Position numbers and translations under genes: made by a program
Notes under the pieces: model-generated
Told to the model about the DNA's origin: nothing
The model's input: the letters and a program-made list of their open reading frames with translations, nothing else
Database searches by the model: none
Shown: positions 27,795-36,366 of the stretch, one piece after another
Position numbering within the stretch: the stretch's first letter is position 1
How the letters are laid out: each line of letters opens with the position of its first letter
Virus record (IMG/VR): IMGVR_UViG_3300031466_000068
Location: 1-36,484 of that record
Reading direction: 5' to 3' (one strand)
Length of the DNA: 36,484 nt
Origin: a virus
Lineage: Duplodnaviria > Caudoviricetes

Positions 27795-28886
27795 TTGCTT
27801 TACGTATATGATTCAAATTTAAAAAGAATAGGTATGATCGGCTCTTTTTCATACTTATTATGGAGAAAACGCTATTCGAAACACGGTGAAGCAGAACTTC
27901 ACGTTGATGCTTCAAGCAAAAACATACAGCTTTTACAAATAGGTAATGTTCTATTTAGAAGTGATGATAGTGAGGCAATGTATATATACTACCGAGGATT
28001 TAAGGATGATGAAGAAGGACGAGATATCCTTACTATTAAATGTTTTTCACTTGTTAGGTGGTTAGATCGTCGTATTTTATGGGGAATATACAATTTTAAC
28101 GATACTCCAGAAAATATTATTCGTTCGATGATAAATAGTGAATGCATAGCTCCAAACAATCCAAATAGGATTATTCCACAAATAAAATTAACTGAATCAA
28201 AAGGGTTTGGGACACCAATTCAATTACAAGCATCTTATGACAATCTATTACAAAAAATTGAGGACCTATGCAACACATATGAGATCGGTATAAGGTCTAT
28301 GTTTGACGGAAGAAATCTTTTTTATGATGTATACGAAGGTACTGATAGGAGTATCAATCAAACTACAAATCCCCGTTGTATACTTTCAAAAGACTTTTCT
28401 AATGTTATTACCAGGGATTATGAAGAAGCTGACAATGACTATAAAAACACGGCATTAATAGGTGGAATTGGTGAGGGTAATGCCAGGAAATTTGCAACTA
28501 TTGAACAGGGGGCCGGCTTGAACAGGCGTGAATTATTTGTAGATGATCGAAACTTGCAACAAAAAGATGAGGATGATAATCCAATTTCTGACTCCGATTA
28601 TATTCTTTTGTTGAAACAGGATGGACTTGAAAAACTACTTGAAAATGAAATTGCAATCTCATTTGACTGTGAGCTTGATGTTACGAAAGAAAATACCAAG
28701 TATGGCCGTGATTTTTTCCTTGGTGATATTATTACAATCCGCGATGACAAGCTTGGCATCATTATGAACAGCCGGGTTATCGAGATTGATGAAGTTTTTC
28801 AGAATTCAACTAAAACAATCAATGTTACGGTTGGAAAGTCAGTACCAACATTAACTGAAAAGATTAAGAAGGCGGTGAAAAAATGA
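27795..28886 (+). CDS. Baseplate hub/Tal-like protein (ReqiPepy6 Gp37-like)
   Basis: LLWRKRYSKHGEAEL, GIGEG, GLNRRELFVD, YGRDFFLGDIIT. Confidence 0.82.
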   Translation: MLYVYDSNLKRIGMIGSFSYLLWRKRYSKHGEAELHVDASSKNIQLLQIGNVLFRSDDSEAMYIYYRGFKDDEEGRDILTIKCFSLVRWLDRRILWGIYNFNDTPENIIRSMINSECIAPNNPNRIIPQIKLTESKGFGTPIQLQASYDNLLQKIEDLCNTYEIGIRSMFDGRNLFYDVYEGTDRSINQTTNPRCILSKDFSNVITRDYEEADNDYKNTALIGGIGEGNARKFATIEQGAGLNRRELFVDDRNLQQKDEDDNPISDSDYILLLKQDGLEKLLENEIAISFDCELDVTKENTKYGRDFFLGDIITIRDDKLGIIMNSRVIEIDEVFQNSTKTINVTVGKSVPTLTEKIKKAVKK

Positions 28887-29911
28887 CAATAAAAAGCGGG
28901 ATGTTTAATTCGGTAAATGGAGATCGGAAATATAAAGCAGAGGACTTTGCCGCATATTTTGCTACGTTTATCGCGAACGGTGTATTTCCTAACCCAAGTA
29001 CCGGTTTTCAGGTCATAGCTAATGGAGATATGTCAGTTACATTAAAGCCCGGAAAAGCTTGGATAAACGGCTATTACATCACCAATGACGCTGATTATAA
29101 CTTGACCATCGATGTGGCCGATGGGGTTTTAAATCGAATCGACCGCATTGTGCTGCAGCTTAATTATCTAAACCGGGAAATTCAACCACTTGTCAAAAAA
29201 GGTACTTTTGCAAGTTCGCCAGTGGCGCCAGCTCTTCAAAGGGACGCAGATGCTTATGAGATTGCCCTTGCTGACGTTTATATTGGCAAGGGAGTACTTA
29301 GTATCTCACAAGCTAATATAACTGATTTACGTTTAAATAATGAAGTATGCGGAATCGTCCATGGCACCGTTGACCAAGTTGACACCACAACCATATTTAA
29401 TCAGTACCAGGATTGGTTTAACCAAACAAAAAGCTCCACCGAAACGGAATTAAGCCGATTTGAAGCTAATCAAGAGCAGCAATTTAATGATTGGTTTGCA
29501 GCAATCCAGGACATTTTAGACGGTGATGTGGCTGGTAATTTAGCGAATAGAATTACTAGTTTGGAGGATACGGTTAATGCGCATTTGGTTGATAATGTGA
29601 AACATATAACGGCGACAGAAAGAACGACATGGAACAGTAAAGCAACCCCTAACGATGTCAGAAAGAGTGTTGAGCAAACCGACTATCAGATATTTAAAAG
29701 CAATAAGGATGAAAATGACATTTTCACCACCGTTGAGTACAAAAGGCCAGATGGCACGCTCGCGATCCGATCCGTTTTAAGCGGGGGTACAAGCCCGCTA
29801 TATACAACAAGGACAATTACCTATTACGGACTAGATGGTACAACTGTCGAAAAAACAACGTTAAGAACCCTTTCCTATGATGATGACGGCATTTTGATAA
29901 GTGAGGTGTGA
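28883..29911 (+). CDS. Baseplate/tail fibre anchoring protein
   Basis: SGMFNSVNGDRKY, GKAWINGY, RIDRIVLQL, ITDLR.N..VCG.V. Confidence 0.8.
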   Translation: MTIKSGMFNSVNGDRKYKAEDFAAYFATFIANGVFPNPSTGFQVIANGDMSVTLKPGKAWINGYYITNDADYNLTIDVADGVLNRIDRIVLQLNYLNREIQPLVKKGTFASSPVAPALQRDADAYEIALADVYIGKGVLSISQANITDLRLNNEVCGIVHGTVDQVDTTTIFNQYQDWFNQTKSSTETELSRFEANQEQQFNDWFAAIQDILDGDVAGNLANRITSLEDTVNAHLVDNVKHITATERTTWNSKATPNDVRKSVEQTDYQIFKSNKDENDIFTTVEYKRPDGTLAIRSVLSGGTSPLYTTRTITYYGLDGTTVEKTTLRTLSYDDDGILISEV

Positions 29912-29913
29912 TA

Positions 29914-31113
29914 ATGAGTATCGACATTAGGGATCACGGCGGGGCGTATGGTAATAGAGGCAGTGCCGTTAAAGGTAGACACCTTGTTACTGCCGCTCGA
30001 TTTGATGAAATAGTACCATGGAACTATAATTCGTATTTTTTTCAATATGGGGACTATTTGTTGGCTATCGATGGGTCTACTTCAGTTACTTTAACAGTTT
30101 ATAAACTTTCTCATGACTTAAAGACATATACTCGTCTAGGGGCTTCCAGTTTAGCATCTGTTACAAAACCAAGTCTTACTGGCTTCCGTGTTTTAGAAGT
30201 TCTTGTATCTGTAGATTTCGATAACATTTATGTAAATATGCAGGGGTATAATGGATCGTCATATGAATATTATACCCTGAAGATTAACCTAACAGATTTT
30301 TCGAGAACCGACATAGGCGCGCCGACTACAGATGCATACCAATCTATGTTTAGCTTGATCTATGCGGATAAAAACTATTTGTACAGCATATCGCAACGAC
30401 ACGTGACTAAGTTCAAGGTATCTGATATGAGTATAATACAACAAGGAACTAGCTCGTTTGGCCCTCCTTATTCATGGGGGGATTATCCGGACTACGCCAA
30501 CGAGAGAACCAGATTTTACAATAGTAATAACAATAAAGTTTATTATTTAGATAATAGTTCTGGTTCAACTTATTATGTGTATGATTTGATTAATCTAACT
30601 TTTTCTCAAGTTAAGGTTCATCCAACAGGTGATTTAAGATTAAACGGTCTTCGGGGGTTTTATGGTAACGATAGGTATTTGATTTATTTGCCATACGACG
30701 CTTATAGCCCAATAACATATTACTTTGCAAAAGCGAGTGCAGTAGATGGATCTATTATTACGTTATCCTACAACATGTCAGTACTCAGTAACCCAAAAGG
30801 GTTTAGATTAGGCACCTATTGGCATCAAGTTCTGTTCTTTGACCAAAAGGAAAATTTGTTATGGATTGCAACATCTGATATAATTTCAGGTTCTTCTACT
30901 TATTATTACCCTGATTATTACTTGGTGGCAATAAATCCAGATACTCTTGAAGTTGTTGATATGCTATATATGGGAGAAGATGGGACACAAAACACATTTA
31001 GCATATTAACGTCAGACCAATTAAGCGGTCTTTATCTTGACGCTTATTACATCCATAAACGTAGACAATTACTAGATATGGAGTCTAAAGTTTTAAGAAT
31101 TATTGAGAAGTGA
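29914..31113 (+). CDS. Putative receptor-binding protein (Tyr/Ser-rich, beta-rich)
   Basis: Position at the tail tip module; composition suggests beta-propeller; no family recognised. Confidence 0.6.
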   Translation: MSIDIRDHGGAYGNRGSAVKGRHLVTAARFDEIVPWNYNSYFFQYGDYLLAIDGSTSVTLTVYKLSHDLKTYTRLGASSLASVTKPSLTGFRVLEVLVSVDFDNIYVNMQGYNGSSYEYYTLKINLTDFSRTDIGAPTTDAYQSMFSLIYADKNYLYSISQRHVTKFKVSDMSIIQQGTSSFGPPYSWGDYPDYANERTRFYNSNNNKVYYLDNSSGSTYYVYDLINLTFSQVKVHPTGDLRLNGLRGFYGNDRYLIYLPYDAYSPITYYFAKASAVDGSIITLSYNMSVLSNPKGFRLGTYWHQVLFFDQKENLLWIATSDIISGSSTYYYPDYYLVAINPDTLEVVDMLYMGEDGTQNTFSILTSDQLSGLYLDAYYIHKRRQLLDMESKVLRIIEK

Positions 31114-31126
31114 GGAGGAGCAGAAT

Positions 31127-31456
31127 ATGGTATTCCTATGGGTGAATTCAGATAATGTAGTGGAAGGCTATCACTATAAACCCTTTGACGAAATTGACGG
31201 TATGCATAAGACCAAGGAGGAACTTTTGCAAATTGGAAAATTAGTTGATAGTGTACCTGAACCGACCCCCGCTGAGGGTCAAGGATATGTTGCTAAATAC
31301 AATCCTGCAACTAATACTGTATACTATGAGTATTTTGATTTGCCACCAAAACCGCCAACAGTAGAAGACCAACTCAAGCAATTTCAAGACCAAATTTCAT
31401 CACAACAAGAGGCGATTGCAGAATTGACGATTTTGTTGTCATCAATGACTAGTTAA
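31127..31456 (+). CDS. Tail fibre assembly/XkdW-like protein
   Basis: YHYKPFD...KTKEEL..GKLVD..P and C-terminal coiled coil; GAGGAGGAG RBS. Confidence 0.7.
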   Translation: MVFLWVNSDNVVEGYHYKPFDEIDGMHKTKEELLQIGKLVDSVPEPTPAEGQGYVAKYNPATNTVYYEYFDLPPKPPTVEDQLKQFQDQISSQQEAIAELTILLSSMTS

Positions 31457-31477
31457 TTGAAAAGGGGGTGATGGGAA

Positions 31478-31618
31478 ATGACGTTTACGAAAGACAGTGG
31501 ATTAGTAAAAGTTTGGGTAAGTTTAGTGTTAGCAGGTACTTATTCCTTGGAGCAAGTACCAGTACTATACAACTTAAAAGATGTTGTCACAGAAGTAGTT
31601 AATGGACAAGTTGCTTAA
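31478..31618 (+). CDS. CD1375/XkdX-like small protein (46 aa, not in ORF track)
   Basis: MTFTKDSGLVKVWVSLVLAGTYSLEQVPVLYNLKDVVTEVVNGQVA. Confidence 0.75.
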   Translation: MTFTKDSGLVKVWVSLVLAGTYSLEQVPVLYNLKDVVTEVVNGQVA

Positions 31619-31763
31619 AGCGTACACTGAGTAGGCTTTTTTATTTTTCCTTATTTTGAACTATAATTAAGATATTCAGCAAAAAAAGAAGAAAATCTAG
31701 TAGATTCCTTTTGGATAAAGCCGTTTTTGTTTGCGGACTGCTAGATAAGGTAGTTAGTGTATT

Positions 31764-31792
31764 TTGTTACCTTAAGCCCTCTTTTATATAAT
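31764..31792 (+). promoter_or_regulatory. Sigma-A promoter of moron gene
   Basis: TTGTTA-N17-TATAAT. Confidence 0.65.
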
Positions 31793-31820
31793 GAAAATAG
31801 CAAAGAAAGGGGGCTTAAGT

Positions 31821-32090
31821 ATGAGAAATTATGCAGAAGAAATTCGTAATGATTTTCCTTTTCTACAAGAAATAAGGATAGAGCAGCAATTAGATCAGTA
31901 TGCAAATTCGACCATTATTCTTTCAGCAAATTTACCTAGTAAATTAGTAAAAATATTACTAGAACTGTCTAATGGTGGGAACAGATGCATGATGGTGACG
32001 TTTAATGTAATAGGAAATAGAGTGATATTTTCTTGTGATTCCATAAATAATATGTATCCATTATTTACTACTTTAAAGAATTATTATTAA
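31821..32090 (+). CDS. AT-rich hypothetical moron protein
   Basis: AAAGGGGG RBS, own promoter and terminator. Confidence 0.7.
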   Translation: MRNYAEEIRNDFPFLQEIRIEQQLDQYANSTIILSANLPSKLVKILLELSNGGNRCMMVTFNVIGNRVIFSCDSINNMYPLFTTLKNYY

Positions 32091-32098
32091 TTTCTACT

Positions 32099-32131
32099 GA
32101 AAGGGCGCTTTAAATTTAAAGTGCTCTTTTT
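32099..32131 (+). terminator. Intrinsic terminator
   Basis: GAAAGGGCGCTTTAA-a-TTTAAAGTGCTCTTTTT. Confidence 0.75.
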
Positions 32132-32392
32132 AGTTATCAGCTTTTACACTCAGGACGATGATGTGCAGTAAAAACAGTCACGCGGGGTACATTCACCCTA
32201 GAGTGTATGTTTTTAAACGTACACTCCATTAAAATGACTGAGTTCTTAGCTAAGCTGTTAACGTGACTAATTATAGGTTACACAACACCAAAAATACTTA
32301 GTTCAATAAGAGTCTTTTTTAGGGCTTTTTATATTTTTTCATGGGATATAATAAATTCTCATGGTAAAATATTCATATGTGAGGTGAAAAAT

Positions 32393-32890
32393 ATGATATT
32401 TTATCATGGTACTTCTAAAAAATCTGGTGAAAAGATACTTCAAGATGGAAAAATACTAACTAATGCTCCAAAAGTATATGGAAAAGGACACTTAATAAAA
32501 GAAACTACTGATGGCTATGTTTATTTAACAGACAAAATTAGTTGCGCGATAGATTATGGAGTGAATGCTTGTCTTCTTGAAAACTCTAAAAGTCTTTCAG
32601 AGGACATTTATGTGTTTAAAATCGAAGTTGATAAAGAAGAAGTAGAAATTGATTTTGATGAAATAGATGTGCAAAAATGCTCCATTCCCGATATTGAATC
32701 AAAAGTTGTTGATATAGAAACTTCTTTAGAATATTTGTGTTCGGTAAGAATCCCAAGAAATTTATTGCTAAATGATGATGTTAAAGAATATTTTACTAGT
32801 CCTTTATATGGAAAAGTAGTGTATGAATCAAAGCGAAATAAATTAAAAAATGAAGTTATTGACGGGATGGTTAACTGGGTACGAATATAA
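32393..32890 (+). CDS. Putative ADP-ribosyltransferase-fold protein
   Basis: FYHGTS...I..DG.I, GYVYLTD...AIDYG, VFKIEV pattern of H-Y-E-type ART folds; GAGGTG RBS. Confidence 0.6.
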   Translation: MIFYHGTSKKSGEKILQDGKILTNAPKVYGKGHLIKETTDGYVYLTDKISCAIDYGVNACLLENSKSLSEDIYVFKIEVDKEEVEIDFDEIDVQKCSIPDIESKVVDIETSLEYLCSVRIPRNLLLNDDVKEYFTSPLYGKVVYESKRNKLKNEVIDGMVNWVRI

Positions 32891-32970
32891 TATTTATTAT
32901 TTTTAAACAGCGCGACTAAGCATCTCAATTTGAGGTGCTTTTTCTTATGGGAAAAAAGGAGGGTACAATT

Positions 32971-33366
32971 TTGGACAAAATCTTTAAAACTATCATTACA
33001 GTAATTGGTGCAGTGATCGGATATCTGTGGGGGTGGTCGCCATTGTTACCTATTTTACTCATCTTTGTCGTACTCGATTATGTATCTGGGATGATGGCGG
33101 CCTTCACCGAGGGTAAGCTAAACAGTTCCATCGGATTCCGTTCTATTCCGAAAAAAATCATGATTTTTGTTATCGTTGCAATTGCCCATTTAATAGATAC
33201 AAGTTTTGGAGATAGCCACATGTTTAGAGATGCGGCTATCTTCTTTTATTTGGCGAATGAGTTATTATCCATCATCGAGAATGCAGGACGTATTGGATTA
33301 CCTATCCCAAGCCAGTTAACCAAAGCCATTGAAGTGCTAAAAGGGAAAGGAGAGGATGAAAAATGA
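32971..33366 (+). CDS. Holin (phage holin family 4)
   Basis: LDYVSG...GKLNSSIGF...KK, FYLANELLSIIENAGRIGLPIP. Confidence 0.92.
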   Translation: MDKIFKTIITVIGAVIGYLWGWSPLLPILLIFVVLDYVSGMMAAFTEGKLNSSIGFRSIPKKIMIFVIVAIAHLIDTSFGDSHMFRDAAIFFYLANELLSIIENAGRIGLPIPSQLTKAIEVLKGKGEDEK

Positions 33367-34199
33367 CCAAATTAAAAGGCATTGACGTTTCCGAACATAA
33401 TGGCGTCATCGATTGGGATAAGGTTAAGGCAGACGGTATTCAGTTCGCGATGATCCGGATGGGTTTCGGCAGCGATATAAAATCACAAGATGACAAACAA
33501 TTCGAGCGAAATGTCCGTGAGTGTGACCGTCTTGGCATACCGTGGGGTGCTTATCTTTACAGCTATGCTTTAACAGTCGAACAAGCTAAAAGCGAAGCGG
33601 CACATGCGTTGCGGTTGCTAAAAGGCAAGAAGCCATCTTATCCGATTGCTTTTGATATGGAAGATGCCGATGGTTATAAGAAGAAGCATGGGATGCCGAA
33701 TAATGCGACGTTGGTGGCCATTTGCGACACGTTTCTTTCTGCTGTTGAAAAAGCGGGATACTATGCCGTTCTTTACGCATCAAAAAGCTGGTTCGACAAT
33801 CAATTAAAGGGCAGTAAACTCGATAGATATGATAAGTGGGTAGCGCAGTGGGGCGATAAATGCACCTATAGCGGCACTCATAATCTATGGCAGTTTACCA
33901 ATTCCGGAGTTGTGAAGGGCATTAACGGTCGGGTTGATATGAATTATGCGTATTTGGATTTTCCTTCGATAATCAATCATAAACTAAATACGACTGCTAA
34001 AGATGAGGTAAAACCAATAACTCTAGGACCGTTCAAAGACGTTCCAGCTGATCGTTGGTCTGCACCAGCCATTCAAAGGCTAAAAGAAAAAGGTATTTTC
34101 CGCGGCCGATCAGACGGTTCCTTTGGGCCAACTGACTGTTTAAGCCGAGAGGAAGCCGCAGTTGTTATCGACAATGTTTTGAAATACATTAGTAGATAA
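33363..34199 (+). CDS. Endolysin: GH25 muramidase plus SLH domain
   Basis: GIDVSEHNG.IDW, FDMED, WQFT..G.V.GI.G.VDMN; FKDVPADRWS...I.....GIFRG..DGSFGP....SREEAA. Confidence 0.93.
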   Translation: MTKLKGIDVSEHNGVIDWDKVKADGIQFAMIRMGFGSDIKSQDDKQFERNVRECDRLGIPWGAYLYSYALTVEQAKSEAAHALRLLKGKKPSYPIAFDMEDADGYKKKHGMPNNATLVAICDTFLSAVEKAGYYAVLYASKSWFDNQLKGSKLDRYDKWVAQWGDKCTYSGTHNLWQFTNSGVVKGINGRVDMNYAYLDFPSIINHKLNTTAKDEVKPITLGPFKDVPADRWSAPAIQRLKEKGIFRGRSDGSFGPTDCLSREEAAVVIDNVLKYISR

Positions 34200-34214
34200 A
34201 TGATATTTGAAACA

Positions 34215-34251
34215 AAAGGCTCTTGTGCCCGTATTTGGACATAAGAGCCTT
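34215..34251. terminator. Terminator between convergent lysis and cargo genes
   Basis: AAGGCTCTTGTG...CATAAGAGCCTT inverted repeat. Confidence 0.7.
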
Positions 34252-34358
34252 GAACTCTAGCGACTGGGTTATTCTTCATTTACGATATAAACAGTTTTAT
34301 CCTCAACCCACTCAGAGACATTTTCCAATACAAAATAAAGGTGGCAAAAACGCCACCT

Positions 34359-34586
34359 TTAGTCTTCAAAAACATCTTCCATTAACTTTTCAATTTCTTC
34401 CCTCAATTTATTGGTTGCTTTTTTATCAACTTTTAATTTTCCATTAGATGTGATTAGGACGTCACCCTCTTGGGCTTTTTTGGGTATTTTAGCTTTTTCA
34501 ATATCAATGATATTACCTTTTTCATCTTCACAAACCGCATAATTTTCTTCAAAGTGATCGATTATATATCGTTCCAATTCAAACAC
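34359..34586 (-). CDS. DUF3006-family protein
   Basis: YIIDHFEENYAVCE...IP..AQEGDVL; usual partner of ComEC-like MBL genes. Confidence 0.82.
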   Translation of the reverse strand: MFELERYIIDHFEENYAVCEDEKGNIIDIEKAKIPKKAQEGDVLITSNGKLKVDKKATNKLREEIEKLMEDVFED

Positions 34587-34588
34587 CC

Positions 34589-35719
34589 TTATTTGGGAAG
34601 AAATGAAGTGCGAGTTTTATATGTTTTACCTTTGTATGATGCACTGATATCAATATATACATGATAGTTTGTCGAAGCTCTGCTTATTTTAACCTCTAAT
34701 GTTTTCCCTATATATCCAGAGTAGACGGTGTCTTTGGTCTTATAATGGAAAACTGCTTTGTACTTTGTCCCTGATGGGAGTCCTTTTACCGTTAAATGAA
34801 CTGTCGAATATTGTTTTGGTCGAGTGTTATCCAATGATGCAGTTATTTTATATGATGCCGTCTTCGTACTAGTACTTGTGGTTATCGGCTTTGTGTTAAA
34901 TGTTACTGTGGATCCGTTTGTTTTTGCAATTATCGTCCCTTGTTTATCGGTCCGAAATACTTTTACCTTCGCACTCTTTAAACGGTTTAATGTTTCTGTA
35001 GTTGGATGCCCATAACTGTTTCCTTTACCAACCGAAATCACAGCATAAGTCGGTTTAACAGCTTTTAAAAAGGCGGTGCTTGTGGATGTTTTTGCTCCGT
35101 GATGCCCGACTTTTAATACATCCGATTTTAAAGTCTGTTTTGATTTGATCATATCTGTTTCTGATTTGAATTCCGCATCACCGGTAAACAAGAAGGATCT
35201 TTTATTATATTGTACTCGTAATACAGCACTCCAATCGTTGGTGTCTGTTTTACTATAAGTTTTAACAGGACCAACAAACTTAGCTGATACACCTTTAATA
35301 GGTATGCTTACACCTTTTTGAGCTGTTTTTATTTTGAGACCCTCTTTTTTTACAGCCAGTAATAAATTTTTATAGGTTTGGGTCGTAGAACTTACCTTTG
35401 GTGAATAAATTGACTTAACCTTGTATGCTTTTAAAACCTCGTCTAGTCCTCCAATGTGATCAGCATCTGGATGTGTTGCGATCATTACTTCAATATCTTT
35501 TACCTTTTGTTTTTTTAGGTAAGATACAACTGTGTTTCCATTCCTTCCACCATCAATAAGAATGTCTTCTCCATTAGGTGCTTTAATATAGATACTATCT
35601 CCTTGTCCGACGTTTATGAAGTGCACATACATATATTTAGTCGCAGCTTGACTATGTGACGGTACAAAAGAAAAAGCAAATGCAATTACTAATGCAACAA
35701 GGATTTTAAATTGTTTCAA
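34589..35719 (-). CDS. Secreted ComEC/Rec2-like metallo-beta-lactamase-fold nuclease
   Basis: Signal peptide (..HSQA), NVGQGDS, THPDADHIGG, LFTGDAE, LKVGHHG, N.YGHP, RTDKQGTI; extra basic C-terminal domain. Confidence 0.9.
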   Translation of the reverse strand: MKQFKILVALVIAFAFSFVPSHSQAATKYMYVHFINVGQGDSIYIKAPNGEDILIDGGRNGNTVVSYLKKQKVKDIEVMIATHPDADHIGGLDEVLKAYKVKSIYSPKVSSTTQTYKNLLLAVKKEGLKIKTAQKGVSIPIKGVSAKFVGPVKTYSKTDTNDWSAVLRVQYNKRSFLFTGDAEFKSETDMIKSKQTLKSDVLKVGHHGAKTSTSTAFLKAVKPTYAVISVGKGNSYGHPTTETLNRLKSAKVKVFRTDKQGTIIAKTNGSTVTFNTKPITTSTSTKTASYKITASLDNTRPKQYSTVHLTVKGLPSGTKYKAVFHYKTKDTVYSGYIGKTLEVKISRASTNYHVYIDISASYKGKTYKTRTSFLPK

Positions 35720-35919
35720 AGCATATCCCCCCATTTTTATCTATGCATATTAAGATATGGTAATAATTCACCAAAATAAATGTTAAGTCCTTCTAAAAGT
35801 TTCTAAATAATCCTTGGTTCTATGGACTAATTATTATATGAAACACCATAAATTGTGATAATTTCATGTAGGAATATTCCATTTTATGTCGAAAATAGTA
35901 AATGAAAAGGAGGTTCATT

Positions 35920-36273
35920 ATGGAACGCATGAAAGAAGCCTATGGCATGTTATTTACCATCGAAAACGGCCTAAGGCAATATATCAACGACAAAATGACA
36001 TCATATTATGGCGTGAATTGGCAAAACAAGGCACCAAAAAACATGCCATTCAGACGGCGGCCATTAGAACAGTCAAATTTTTATCATTTGGAGAATTATA
36101 TTTCCGCCTACCCCTGTTTTAACTACCACGATGACCTCATTTTTGCTCTCCGGAAGCTTTATCCAATTAGAAATGCAATCGCTCATTGCCGCGATTTAAC
36201 AGAGGAGGAATATCTAATACTCAGTGATGTATACGGGCTTATTATGGAAGTTGTTTCGTTTAAAATTCACTGA
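35920..36273 (+). CDS. Standalone HEPN-domain protein (Swt1-like)
   Basis: Y..LFTIENGLRQYI helix and RNAIAH (Rx4H) motif; AAGGAGG RBS before ATG 35920. Confidence 0.8.
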   Translation: MERMKEAYGMLFTIENGLRQYINDKMTSYYGVNWQNKAPKNMPFRRRPLEQSNFYHLENYISAYPCFNYHDDLIFALRKLYPIRNAIAHCRDLTEEEYLILSDVYGLIMEVVSFKIH

Positions 36274-36335
36274 TTTTGCCTTCCACCCACTCCACTGCTT
36301 GCTGGAATCGGCAGGGCTATTCGCTGATAAATATC

Positions 36336-36366
36336 ACAGATAACATCAAGAAGGTAATTCGTTCCC
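36336..36366. other. att junction at the sigK 5' side (phage arm ACAGATAACATCA 36336-36348, core 36358-36366)
   Basis: With the left junction it rebuilds an attP with 22-bp imperfect inverted arms (3 mismatches) around TTCG. Confidence 0.9.

Larger units (their letters stand above)
119..36366. mobile_element. sigK-intervening (skin-type) siphovirus prophage, 36,239 bp excised circle
   Basis: Bounded by direct core repeats inside sigK; contains integrase, lysogeny, replication, packaging, head, tail and lysis modules. Confidence 0.93.

Noticed and set aside
31770-31785. Pistol ribozyme (CTTAAGCCCT)
   Set aside because: Lacks the following AAGCG and upstream P1; explained by the local inverted repeat.
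32175-32270. tRNA gene
   Set aside because: Multi-stem, but no TTCRA T-loop, D-loop signature or proper anticodon arm.
29914-32330. Diversity-generating retroelement acting on the tail-tip protein
   Set aside because: No reverse transcriptase and no template/variable repeat pair seen.
34589-35719. Beta-lactam resistance gene or full comEC
   Set aside because: Motifs are ComEC/Rec2 nuclease type, and the competence membrane domain is absent.
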